NCBI RefSeq assembly: GCF_964194155.1
Contig: NC_135893.1
Span: forward strand, 13,454,001-13,518,000
Reading direction: 5' to 3'
Length of the DNA: 64,000 nt
DNA from: Cetorhinus maximus
Taxonomy: Eukaryota
This document shows, one piece after another, positions 50,396 to 62,390 of this stretch. Made by a program: the position numbers and the translations under genes. Below the pieces are notes generated by a model. It saw nothing but the letters and a program-made list of their open reading frames with translations. It made no database searches and was not told where the DNA came from. Position 1 is the stretch's first letter, and every line of letters begins with the position of its first letter.

Positions 50396-51509
50396 TGAGA
50401 TCTGTATGAAAAGTATGGGAACAGGACTGTGTGATTTGCTTTGAATCACTGTGCAAGACTTTTATTTTGCTAGACTTAGTGCCTGTCAATTGAAGGTGTA
50501 TTTACCCTTCTCTTTGAAGTAGTAAGTTGACAGGATGTGGTTGTTAATAAGTTTCACAAGGTTTAATTTCTATTTAAAAACCTGTATCAGGAATGGAAGT
50601 TGTGGTGTTGTAAAAAGTACATGGGTTTCCTGCCTGCACATCTGCATTAGGGTCTTAGATTCTGATGCTTGTCTGATTCTTTAGGCAGGTGGCCCTTTCC
50701 ATCTAAGGGTCTTTGAGGAAGGGTAGGTAGATAGATAAAAACAACATCATTAGCACTGAATGCTGGTAGGACTGGTTGGTGCAGTTGGTTAGCACAGTAG
50801 GACTTGGATTTAATCCACTGCAGAACAAATAGACAAACAGTTCCACTCTCTGCTGACTTCTTGGGATCCTAATGTAATCACTTTCAATGAAGCTCCGACT
50901 GGCCATGGCAGAACGTCATATCGTCATATCTCATTTAAGACACGGGAATGCCTGGTGTGGAAAATGACAACTATTACATTATTCCATAGTGTGCAAAACC
51001 CTTTCTAATGCTGGGGATAAGGTGTGTTACTTTGCACCTGGCTGCACTTGATGCAAACTTGTGGCAAAATTGGCCAAATGTTCCTTTCCCTAGTACTGAC
51101 AACTTTTGCTTTGATAAGAATGTTCTTTACCTCCCACAAAAATTAAATCAGAGAAGGGAGGGGGAAGCATGAAACAAAATGAAAAGCCAGAATCTTCCAG
51201 ATTGCACAGCTTCCCAATTCCATTGTTGACAGAAGAAATGGAGATGTCTCATTTTGACTGGGATTTTACATTAGTCCATGATCCTTCAAATGGAAATTTA
51301 TTTTACTAGTACTTGGTGCTATAGCACTATATTTTGACTTTGACCCAACAGAATGTGGACCAATGAGGTTCCAAGACCATGGTTCAGTTTCCCACATATT
51401 TCTGCAGTTCCTAACAAGAGATAAAGCTGAGTCACCTCCATCCATGATGTAGGGAAAAGAAAACTCCAGTCACATTCGCTTGGAATGATTCAGAGCAACA
51501 TTGATGAAA

Positions 51510-51953
51510 GAAATGCTTTTATATTACACCTATCACAATCTCCAGATGTCCAAAAGAACTTTATAGCCAATGAAGTACATTTGAAATGTAGTCACTGTCG
51601 TAATGTGGGAAAAATGGCAGCCAGTTTGTGCACAATGTCCTACAAACAGCAATGTGATAATGACCAGATATTCTATTTCAGGTGTCGTTTGCGACCTAAA
51701 TGCTGGCCAGGATACCAGGAGAACTCCTATTCTCGGCTTTGAATAGTGTCATGGGATCTTTTATACCCATCTGAGAGTGCAGATGGGGCCTCAGTTTAAT
51801 GACAGATGACAGCACCTCTGACAGTGCAACAGTCTCTGAATGCTGCACTGAAGTACCGCCCTAGAATTGTGTACTCAAGGCCCTAGAGTGACACGAGTCC
51901 ATGATTTTCTGACTCAGAGGGAAGACGGTTAGCCACTGAACCAAGTCTGATAC
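51510..51953 (-). mobile_element. Deu-domain SINE
   Basis: ctttgaatagtgtcatgggatcttttatacccatctgagagtgcagatggggcctcagtttaat. Confidence 0.8.
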
Positions 51954-51956
51954 CTA

Positions 51957-52669
51957 GGGCAGAATTTTTTGTTGGCGTACAGGCGCGCGTCCGACATGCT
52001 CGAGTGTGAAATAGCGCGTGATGACGTCATGCAAGCATCCCAACGTCATCACGCACTCGCTTGATATTTCAGTCGGCAGGCGCACATGAGGGTTGGCAGG
52101 GTGGCCACTGACAGTTAAGAGGCCTATTAAGGCCATTAACGTATTAATCAAACATGATTTTTCGCTGGCCCGTCCAACATTGGCAGGCAGGTAAATCGGC
52201 CAGGCGGCCTTTGCCTTTTTGGGGAAACCTCATCCAAGGGCGGGATGAGGTTTCTAATATTAATTTTAAAAGAAATGAAAATGTTTGCACAGAATTTTCA
52301 TCTGGTATATGTTCCTGGTGACTGATTCTGATGCATGGGCATTTTTTCGCAGTTTTTCCAATCTTTATTTTTGGCATTTAAATTCTTCAGCTCCCTGAGG
52401 CAGCGCTCTCCTTCAGGGAGCTTTGTGTGAGCGCTCCCCCGTGCCCACGCTGACTTCAGCACTCACCCTCCTCCTGCCCCCGCACTAACTTCAGCGCTTG
52501 CCCTCCTCCTGCCCCCATCCCGACAGCACTGAGCCTTTCAGTGCGCCTTTCACGCTGGCTGGCTGTTAATTGGCCAGCCAGCGTGAAATTGCAGTCGGCT
52601 TGGGGTCCGTTCCCTGGCCGCTCCAGGGCCCGCTAATCATGGGCGCCCACCAAACTAAAAATCCTGCCC
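51957..52669. mobile_element. Harbinger-type MITE
   Basis: TIRs gggcagaatttt / aaaatcctgccc; TSD CTA; internal ~40-bp tandem duplication at 52453-52520. Confidence 0.9.
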
Positions 52670-54559
52670 CTAATGATGAAGGACTGGGAGAAGGTCAGCT
52701 ACCTGTCTTCTTGAGCATTTGTGGTACCACACCCAGCCAGGGAGGCTAGAGGGGAGAGAAAGACAAATGTCTCTAAAAGAAAGGGTGAAACCTATTAACA
52801 GTGAAATTGTCTCAAGTCTGCTTGTTGTATGACCTCCATTTATTTAAAGCTGCAGCCAATCTCAAACATGGGTCAGCATGCATTTAGCTATATGAGTATT
52901 GTAGAACACAAAAAAATTCAGCTCAGAAAATGTAGCTAATAGCACCCATTCGTTTAGAAAATCCTTCTTTTATTAACCATACCGATCAAAATAAAAATTG
53001 AGACAACTGATCAAGCTATTTATATTTTAAAAATCAATATTATCATTGTTTCTCAATCAATTAGGGTACTTCTATGTTCACTGTCAGTTTGCTGTTCTCT
53101 GGAGAATGTGTGGTTCAGTACATTTATCTTTCTTCCAAACCACCCTCATGCACCCGCCTTCAAATCAACCAGCAAGTTGCACGATTAAGGCAGCAAGGCA
53201 ACTATTTCTTGGAAACGATTTGTAGGCAGGTTGTTTTTTTAAAAGAACTCTCCACTATAAATCATTCTGATTTTATTTGCTAAGTGAGGAGCTGGAAATT
53301 GTTGAATTCCCCAGTGCAAGGAGTCAATGCTTAAGGTTGATGACTAATCACTTTGTGCACAGTCGGGGATTCCAGCCCTTAAGCTAGATTGTAACAATAA
53401 TTTGGCTTGTTGGTTTCAGTCAAAGAACTCCACAGTGTTTTCCAGTTGCTGACCAAAGGAGCATTTTTCCTCTACTTGTTGGTCACTTGCCACAACACAC
53501 CCTAATTACAAACTACTCCATGACCACTGTTTTTTGTGGCTAGATTGGCCAACAGGACACACATTTTGGCTGTGTCTGACCCTTGTGTTGTGCTTTTGTC
53601 TCCTGGCCTTCAGTCCCCCTTCCCCGAGGTGAAGTTGATGACCTCTGGCAAAGTGCATTTGAGCAGCTTGGCTGAGAAATTAAACAGACAGATTTTAATA
53701 GCAGGCAGGCCCAGGGCCCAATAAACTGGGCAGTGCTCAGACACAGACCATCTTGGATTGGGAGCAAAACATTATCAGGGAAATGTGATGTTCTAAAACG
53801 ATGGTTGTAAGTGTGTGGTAAAAACTGAAGGAGCATTCTTCGGTTTTTGATTGAAGATGCCAAAATGAAGTCTTTCTTTAAATTGGCTTTCACTACTGCT
53901 AGTAACTAACAGATTAACATTGTATTTGCCTATGGTACAGAGAATGAAATGTGTTGGAGGTGCATACTGAAACGGTTAGTTAGGCGAAAACAAAAATCTA
54001 TCCATCAGATCCGTGCAAATGGACTAAGCAAAAAGTCTGCGTATTAATCAAAGTTATTCATGGGAGAGAATGGGTTCTTTTAGCACTTTCTATTTAATAC
54101 GCCCATTAACAGCCATCCGAAGGCCTATGGTAGTGAAATGTTGGCTTTAAGGTGATCATATGATAAGCAGATGGAAACTTTTTGAAAAAAAAAACTTGTG
54201 CTTGCTTTTACTATTCATATTCAAAAGGGTGAAGGAATTTAGTTACACTGCTTTAATTCTGCCTTATTGGGTTTCTTCTCTTAAAGCCACATGTGGGGAT
54301 TTAACCCTGAAGACTCTGGCTGCCTTAAAACATCTCTTGTAGCATCAATTTTACATTTGAATGAAAATTGTTTATTAAGAGCATTCTCCTGAGTTGCATG
54401 TGCCAATTTTACTGAGGACTAGCCATGGGCAAGACTCTTCTTGTTTCCAAGACACAGAGTATCTAGATGGATAAATGTTCACAGCAATGCCACCCCTTCC
54501 CCCACCAACTCCAACAATCCTCTCCACACCCCAAGGTCAGTGAGAGTTTCCAGTTTATA

Positions 54560-54840
54560 AGCCAGCCATACAGACAAGGAAGCCCCAAGGTTTTATCCTT
54601 GATTTGCTCTGTGTTTGCCAAGCTCATCCAGGGTTAGAGTAAGAACACTCCCTGGGCTAGGGTAGGGAAATAAAATCACCTCAGATCCCTGCTCTTGACT
54701 GCTGTACAGCAACTCTTGTTAGAAGTGCACCTGTGTCAGCATATGACTGTGATGACCCCCGGTGTTGAACAGTCTGACAACAATCGCTCTTTCATCTTGT
54801 ACACAAGGATTGCCCATTTGGATTGTTGATACCCATGGAA
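54560..54840 (+). mobile_element. Old tRNA-derived SINE
   Basis: agccatacagacaaggaagccccaaggttttatcc head; same family as 13600-13900. Confidence 0.5.
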
Positions 54841-55345
54841 CCTTCAAGAGAAGAGGGAGGAGAGAAAGTTAGCAAGCAAAAACAATAAGCAGCCAGGCAA
54901 CTGTCAGATTAGCATGAACACTTACTTTTTATAGGACTTCAGATTGTTGCTGCTGTGAGAGATTGTAAAAAAAGTCTATGGGGTAGGAAGAGGGGAAATC
55001 TTTCAATAATATTACGACTGGCAGACCCACAAGTCAGACTCTGCTTGTAGATTAGAATTCTTGAGGGAAGCCCACAATGCAAATAAACCACAAACTATAC
55101 CAAGGAAATAGGATTGGAGTGGGTCACTCCCATTGACAAGCTGGTACCAATAGCACAACAGGCTGAATGCCATCCATCAGTGCTTTAATGTTGGTGATCA
55201 TTCCACAGTTTGCATTCCCAAGGATGATCCCTTTTCATAAATGCCGAGTCATTAGTTCAAACACCTGCAGAGTGAAGCTCTTGCTTATTTAAATAAAGAA
55301 AACTTTGAGATTACTTAATATTTCATTCTTTTTGAGTTTCAACAG

Positions 55346-55470
55346 AAACAGAAAATACTGGAAATACAGAGCAGGTCCATCAACTTCATCCAAAGGTGCT
55401 GAGGGGCCTATAGTGTATTTTCAGCATTTTTTGCATTTTATTTCAGATTGTTGTAATCTGCAGTTTCTTT
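55346..55470. mobile_element. Tiny old foldback remnant of a Penelope family A-type tail
   Basis: aaacagaaaatactggaaatacagagcaggtc (minus arm) faces gtattttcagcattttttgcattttatttcagatt..tctgcag (plus arm); both resemble 48485-48551. Confidence 0.6.
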
Positions 55471-55547
55471 TTACAGAACCATGAAACAGCTTGTCTGTTG
55501 ACTGGGTTATTTAGATTGTACAAATTTTGCATTTTATTTTTTTGCAG

Positions 55548-55682
55548 ATTGTTGACGAGCTGGGGAATGTAAAATTCTGCATTGATGCAAGCCAGGCTGG
55601 AAGTGGGAACTGGCTTAAGTACATCCGTTCGGCACACTCCTACAACCAGCAAAATTTAGTAGCATGTCAGATTAATGATCAG
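55548..55682 (+). CDS. PRDM16: Internal coding exon (135 nt, phase 0-0) of a PRDM16/MECOM-family gene, PR/SET domain
   Basis: Translates to IVDELGNVKFCIDASQAGSGNWLKYIRSAHSYNQQNLVACQINDQ, which matches the PRDM3/16 PR-domain segment (KFCxDAxQ..G.WLKYIR....QNL..CQI.(D/E)Q). It is flanked by a polypyrimidine tract with tttgcag and by a cag|gtgagt donor; 135 nt is the size I recall for this exon in both paralogs. Family assignment is strong. The paralog is uncertain: ELG and QAGSG resemble PRDM16, while NVKFCIDASQ and NLVACQINDQ resemble MECOM. Confidence 0.72.
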
Positions 55683-56034
55683 GTGAGTTATCTTCATGGA
55701 ACCAAATCCAGAATCCTGTTTTGGGGCAATTCCTACTGATAGAATGCCAGGTATGAGACTAAATGTAACTGCACGTATATAATCCAGCAACATGAATACT
55801 AACCAGCATCCAGTGTCACAAATTTTAAAGCAAAGATTAAATGTTGCAATGGTAGCATTGAGCTGGGAGTTCGCAGTAGTAAAGACTGTATTCAGTTCAT
55901 GTGTGTTATAACTAATCTTCCTCCTGTTCTACATTGTGTGTGTTAGCTGCCCCTAGGCAGAAACACTGCTGCAAAATAAATGCCCCTAACTGGCATGTCT
56001 TGTAAAAGTATATTTTTAATTAATCTGCAAACCT

Positions 56035-56422
56035 ATTTAGAAGAATGAGAGGTGATCTCATTGAAGTGTACAAAATTCTCACATGGCTCGACAGGGTAGA
56101 TGCAGGATGTTTCCCCTGGTTTTGGGGGGGGGTCTAGAACCAGGGACACAGTCTCAGAACAGGAGATACGCCATTTAGGACTGAGATGAGGAGGAATTTA
56201 ATCAGTCAGAGGTTGGTGAGCCTTTGGAATTCTCTACACCAGAGGGCTGTGGAGGCTCAGTCATTGAGGATGTTCAAAGTAGAGGCGATAGATTTCTAGA
56301 TACCGTTGATATCATGGGATACGGGAACAGTGTGAGAAGATGGCATTAAGGTAGAAGATCAGCCATGATCTCGTTAAATGACAGAGCAGGCTCAAGGGGC
56401 CAACCCTGCCCCAATGTTCCTA
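56035..56422 (+). mobile_element. CR1 3' fragment
   Basis: tttagaagaatgagaggtgatctcattgaa..tttaggactgagatgaggaggaat..cagccatgatctcgttaaatg. Confidence 0.85.
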
Positions 56423-57705
56423 TACATTGGTTTGAAAATCATGAGGCCCTGGGAAATAATCAGTACTCATTTTAAAAATTATGTTCCTTGTTGTTGCATT
56501 ACTAACATACTACTGACTGTAAACAGACAGAGCTATTTTAGTATAGGAAAAAAATTACCTGTGCAGTCTTAATTCTAAACAAAAGCCTTCCTTTCTCTTT
56601 TAGCTTTTCCCATGTTACCCATTTTATTTTTAGATTTTGCGGGTAGATTTACAGCCATATGCCCTCCCTGCCAGTAACCCTCCCCATTTATGTGGCCTTA
56701 ATCCTAAACTAAAGCAATTCTTAAAGTAGTTTTATTTTCCATTTTAAAAAGTCCTTATCAGTTTATGAGATGCCTCTTTCTTTGCACTCATATGCATATA
56801 CCAACTTGTTAAAACTTTGAACTAAAATGCCCTAAGACTCCTTCAGGCCTTGCACCATCAATCTGTCTTCAACCTGATCTAAATAACCACAAATAACCAA
56901 GCAAAGTTTCTTGGTTGGTTAATGTAAAACACAGGTGTTCAAACTGTTACCCAATAACCACTTGCAGCCTCTAAGCCCTGGCACTTGGTCCACAAAGTCC
57001 AGGCAACTAAGTATGGTGGGCCTGGAAGTTTACTGTAGCCAGGTAAAACCAAGATACCAGAACCTGTAGGTTTGGAAAGGACCATTCTTAGCACTGTTGC
57101 CTCACTGGTGGCTAAATCCTACATCACAGTAACAAAATTTGTCAATATCAGTAAGTTGATGTACATACAGCTTATTAGGTACCATACATTTAAACTCCAG
57201 TCTCCTTGATATGTATCCCTGCAGAAGATAAAAAGCTTAAACAGACTAGATCAGGTGCAATGCTAATTTTACACCTCCTGAATTTACTTCCCATTAAAGT
57301 CAACAGAGAGCAATATTGGGCAGGGTGTAAAACCAGTGAGTTTCCTGCAAAAATTAGCTTAAAATATCTTGTGTTCATACAGATGTGTACACTATGGAGT
57401 GTGCACTTGGTTTGCAGGGGGTCCACATGAGCATCAGGTTTCTCTCTGGTTGACATTAAATTTCTGTGTCAACTTTCTCGGGTAGTGCACACAGAAGTTT
57501 GTAAAACACAGGTGTAGATGGAGAGTAGTATTGCCCTACCAATGAAAGGCCAGGTATAAAGCTGGAGATTTTTTTTTACTATAAATTGCTCTAATAAGCT
57601 GCATCTCTTATCATAACTCGTGATTAACAGTGATACAACATCTCATGAAAAACCTTCAGGACTCGTTGCCAACTGCTGCTTTGGCTAGGCAGCCTGGGAG
57701 ATGAG

Positions 57706-57804
57706 CACAAATACAGAAAGTGCTGGAAAAACTCAGTAGGTCTAGCAGCATCCGTGGAGCGAGAGAGAGAGACAGACATTTCGAGTCCGTATGACCCTTT
57801 TTCA
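57706..57804 (-). mobile_element. Solo hammerhead-plus-tail insertion related to Penelope family A (99 bp)
   Basis: Minus strand reads (c)tgaaaaagggtcatacggactcgaaatgtc..gatgctgctagacctactgagtttttccagcactttctgt; TSD gagatgag (57698-705 and 57805-12). Confidence 0.75.
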
Positions 57805-58129
57805 GAGATGAGTAGCTGTTACTGGGCTGGTGTGAAAGCAATGTCGGAGCGAGTTAGAAAGTCCATGCCTGGAAGGAAGCTGTACCTGAGTGGCAAGGAA
57901 AATAGGGACAGAGATAGCAGGTCAGTGACATGTGGCCTGAGGGTCACCTGCTGCTGAACCTTTTCGCAGCACTGAAATGATTTGACCTCAGCATAACACC
58001 CACATATATATTGCAAAATCCTGCCTTGACGCCTTGAACTTGCCCTTGTCACACCTTGCGTATATGCACTGCAATGCTCTGCAGTGCTTCGTTTAACATT
58101 TATATAGCACATACTTTTGTCTTGTACTT

Positions 58130-58455
58130 CCACTTAAAACCCTTCCCCGCATATCTCTGTAACTTCTTCCTGTCCTATATCTCACACTTAAAACACTTGT
58201 TTTGACTCCACCCTACGATGCAGTGACCGTCCCACGATCTGCGGTTATGCCTTCAGCAACCGAGATCCTTACGGTCTGAAATTACCTTCCTGAGCCCCAC
58301 AACCCCCTCCCTTTTAACATCCCCCTGTTGTGTTATGTACCAGTTCTAATATCTTCTTTTCCAGTTTAGGCGACCATTTTTCCTAATGCCTCCGTGAAGC
58401 ACTCCGTGATGTTCGTCCATGTTAAAGGCGTCACATAAAGGCATACTGTTGTTCG
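58130..58455 (+). mobile_element. Old L2 3' end
   Basis: tatctctgtaacttcttcc..tatgccttcagc..ctccgtgaagcactcc..gttaaaggcgtcacataaa aligns by eye to 59960-60340. Confidence 0.6.
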
Positions 58456-59959
58456 TGGAGCCCCCACTTATGGGGGGGGGAGCAGTTCTCTGCGAACATA
58501 CAAAACATTTTTTGTGACTTCTAAACTCCATTATTTATTGGATATGTATCGGCAATTTGCAAAAAAAGCGCTATTTTTAAAGAAATTCACCATTTAGGAA
58601 AATGAAAATTCATACAGAAGCACCCCTAAGGATTCAAATCCATTAAATCCTCATCATTGGGATTTTTATTATTTATGTATGAATTAGGGGAAAGGAAACC
58701 TGATTTCACGCTGGAAGGTGCAGCCAAAAAAGCTCGGCAACAAGGGAACTCAGTGAAGCGACTGAAAGTTGTGCAGTGTTTGAGTCCCAGAGCTACACTC
58801 ACTGTGAGATTGCTGGGGCGCAGCTCTTGATGTTGATTGACCGCTTCTGTTCATCAAGTCTACAACAAGGGCAGGGCAGGCGTCTTTACCAGAATAACGA
58901 GCTCCACAAGTGTGGGCGATTGACTAGCAGTTAGAGTATCCCTGCTTCCGTCGCACCTCCTGCAGGTTGATGAGGGAGTGGACTAGATACCCGTTGGGAT
59001 AAAGGTGACCTTTCTTGGCTGGCGAGTTTTGTGGGAGTGGTTGAGAATAAACTTGGAAACTGATTTTTTGGTGCTGTATCTTACAAAAACTTAACGCCTT
59101 CGTATCAAATTGTCATTATTTTCATCAGTAATTTAGCGAGGTCTTAAACCTGTTTATATTTTAAACGGGTTAACAGCTTTGTTAAAGTGGCGGAGAGAGA
59201 TGGTTCGGTTACAAATGCATTAGGAATCACCGACATAATTTCAGTCTTCAACGGGTTAATTTGACATCAATAGGTTTGTACCTGTCTGAATTTATTTTTG
59301 ATATCATTTTAGCTGCAATGCTGCAGCCGACTAAATCTGTTACTAAAACAATAATAATTGTTGCCCCCATATAATAATAAAGGATGAACAAATGCACTTG
59401 CAAGTGGAAGTTGATCGTGACATTATATCTCTCGGCCAGACGACAAGGAGTCGGTGTAATCCAGTGAGAATGATGAATGTAACATCTGCTGGAAAGTTGC
59501 AGAGGACCTGGGTACTCTTCAGAAGTGAGGGGTTCTCGAAGGCCAGCCAGCTGGTAGCTATGAATGGGTCTGTGTGCGAGGTAGCTGTCAGCTCCGAATG
59601 ATTGATAACCCAGTACTATAAAGTGAAGATCAGAGCCTTCCTCTTCACACTGGACATCTAGAGCGCCTGAGACCATGACATCATACTTTCATATCCACTC
59701 AGTTTTTTAAAGTGTCCCCTCAATGATAGGAAGCAGACTTGTGCCAAACAAAAATCTTTAGACTTGAATTACCGGCTTGGGTTTAAATTGTGTAAAGAGC
59801 TAAAATAATTCTTTTGCCAGAAAACAGCCACTGAGCTTCCTCGCCTAACTTGTGTCCCAAGTGACTTGTATTTTGCACTTTTAATCCCGAAGCTGTTTTA
59901 GAAAACTGACATGTTTTATTATCTGTCCTCTTTATTAATTTTGAAAAGTTATCAACTCC

Positions 59960-60340
59960 TCAAATTAAAAATTATCATATGTGACCAAATCCCTTCATGG
60001 CCTCACCCCTCCTTACCTCCGTAACCTCCTCCAGCCCTACACACTGAGAACTCTGCATCCCTTCAGTTTTGACATTTTGTGTGTCCCCAACTTCCTTCAC
60101 TCCATTATTGAAGATACCTTCAGCTATCTAGACTCTAAGGTCTGAAATTCCCTTCCTAAACCACCCAATCTCTCTAACTTTCTTTCCCCCTTTAAGATGC
60201 TACTTTGACCAAAATTTTGGTCACTTGTTTAATGTCTCCTTTGGCTCAGTGTCAACCTTTTTTGGATTGTAATCCTGTGAAGCACCTTGGGACATTTTTT
60301 GTTTGTTAAAGGTGCTATATAAATGCAAATTGTTGTTGTT
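59960..60340 (+). mobile_element. L2 LINE 3' end
   Basis: aaatcccttcatggcctcacccctccttacctccgtaacctcctccagccctac..gttaaaggtgctatataaatgcaaattgttgttgttg. Confidence 0.85.
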
Positions 60341-60654
60341 GATAAACATAATTAAATTAAACAATGAAATTATTGATTATGATTAACCTAACAATAAGGT
60401 CTGAGATGAAGATGGAATTATAACAAACCAATGCACCAAAAAGTACCTGCATTTGGATACGTATAATCCTTATATTATCAAATTAGAGTTCGCAACCCAT
60501 ATGCCAATGGGACTTCAGAGAATCAACCAGGTCATCAGATTTTTTGTGGTTGTTGATTTATTAACATGTTAGTTCTGTTGCCTTATATTTTCAGCAGTAA
60601 CAACACTGTTTTCCTTTAGATAGCTGAGGTTGTAATTTTGGGGATAAGAAAGGG

Positions 60655-60860
60655 AGTCCCAAGAGTGTCACTATTTGTCAGGAATTTCCAGTATGCGCCA
60701 GTACTTACAGGGAATTTCCAGTGCATGCCAGTATTTGCAAGGAATTCCCAGTGAGTGCCAGTATTTACAAGGAATTCCCAGTAAGTGCCAGTATTTGCAG
60801 GGAATTCTCAGTGTGTGCTAGTATTTGCAGGGAATTCCAAGTGTCTGCCAGTATTTGAAG
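60655..60860. repeat. 30-bp minisatellite (gtgccagtatttgcagggaattcccagtgt)n
   Basis: About seven tandem units at exact 30-nt spacing. Confidence 0.88.
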
Positions 60861-61054
60861 GAGGTACAAGAGGAGTATGTGCATATCTATGGGGGCTTTC
60901 CCACAGAGAAAGATTTGAAAACTGTTGAAGTTATCCTTTAATTCCCAAATTACTGGCTAGCTTCTTCCTTGGGGTGTTCACTATGTTAAAGGCACTATAT
61001 AAATACATCATGCTGTTGAATGGTTTCTTTTCCAATACAAACACTGTTCATCAA

Positions 61055-61385
61055 GAAAGAAAAACATGCATTTATGTAGCGCCTTTCACAACTTCATGAT
61101 TTCCTAAAGCATTTTATGATCAATATAGTACTTTTTTTGAAGTGTAGTCACTGTTGTAATGTAGGAAATGGGGCAGCCAATGCCTGCACAGAAATAGTAA
61201 TGACCAGATTGCCCACCTGACAAAGCGGTTTAATGTTTAATCTAAAAGACTGCACCTCTGGCAATCTGGCTCTCTCAAAATGGCATGAGAGTCAGCCTAG
61301 ATTTTTGTGCTCAAGTTTCTGGAGTGGAGCTTGAACCCACAACCTTCTGATTCAAAGACAAGAGTGTTTCCAAATGAACCATAGC
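61055..61385 (-). mobile_element. Deu-domain SINE (internally deleted)
   Basis: Tail aagaaagaaaaacatgcatttatgtagcgcctttcacaac; head ggagtggagcttgaacccacaaccttctga. Confidence 0.75.
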
Positions 61386-61707
61386 AAGCACGTTTTAGAG
61401 TAGGGCCAATATTGCTTAAAATTCTGCCACTTTTTGTGGACTGAGGGTGCAGAAAAGCAAATCAGGCCAGAGTCAGAAGCCCAATGGGTTCTGGGCTGGT
61501 TTACTGAGGTGGAGTGAGTTGACGCATGGATAAAATCACAAATAAGGACACTAATTCTGAATTCAGTGCACTGGGGGATGGGAGCCAATAGAGATGATCA
61601 GGAAAAGGGCAAAAATAAGCTCAGAAAGTGGGCATTGGAGTTTTGAATGCAGCAGGGTGAAGTCACATCTAACTTAATAATCTTGAAGACTTTAAAATGA
61701 ACACCTG

Positions 61708-62390
61708 TGGCAGAATTTAATGTGGACAAGTGAGGTCTCACCCATCAGCTGGAGAGCTGCCGAGAGCATCGAGCAGCCTCTTTTCAGGAAGGCCTGCCAC
61801 ATTAAATGCCAACTGGGCAGTGGTGGGCCTTCGCCAGGATCATGCACCCCAGGGCGTGGACCCATACTTTGAGCACTGCCTGCCAGCTAGAGGTCAGCTG
61901 CTCTTCACTGCTCAGTAGTACCACTAGGGAGGTTGTGGTTGCTGCAGGTAATGCACCCACCAAAGGCTCAGGATCGCTGAGGGACCCAGGCTGCAGGTGA
62001 GTGGTGGTGGCAGAGGAATTGTGACATGGGGATCAGGGTGCTGGCAACAAGAGCAGTGGGTGACTCTCAGCAGGCCCCTCCTTTCCTGATGCTAGGTCCC
62101 TCAATCTGGCACTGAGTGCCTTCCAACAAGGGAACCCCCCTGGAAGCCTGGAAGTGACTCTGGCAGGCTGCATACTAGTGGCGGTGGGATGAGGCCCTTA
62201 AGTGAGCATTAATTGCCCACCTAAGTGCCTCAATGGGCGGTAGGGAGGGAAGACTGTCCACGAGCCTTTCTGCGACGGACTTAATTGGGGCAAAGGCAGG
62301 AAGGCAGTGGGTTGCCCACTTACCACCCACCTGCCCGATTAAATGCCTGCCTGTCACCAAACTCTCAGGGGATGGCATTAAATTCTGCCC
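61708..62390. mobile_element. Harbinger-type MITE, older distinct family
   Basis: Perfect 14-bp TIR ggcagaatttaatg / cattaaattctgcc; subterminal ttaattgg motifs; TSD not matched. Confidence 0.8.

Noticed and set aside
55527-55739. 70-aa ORF as a standalone gene
   Set aside because: Only the central 45 codons between the splice sites are homologous; the flanks are intronic.
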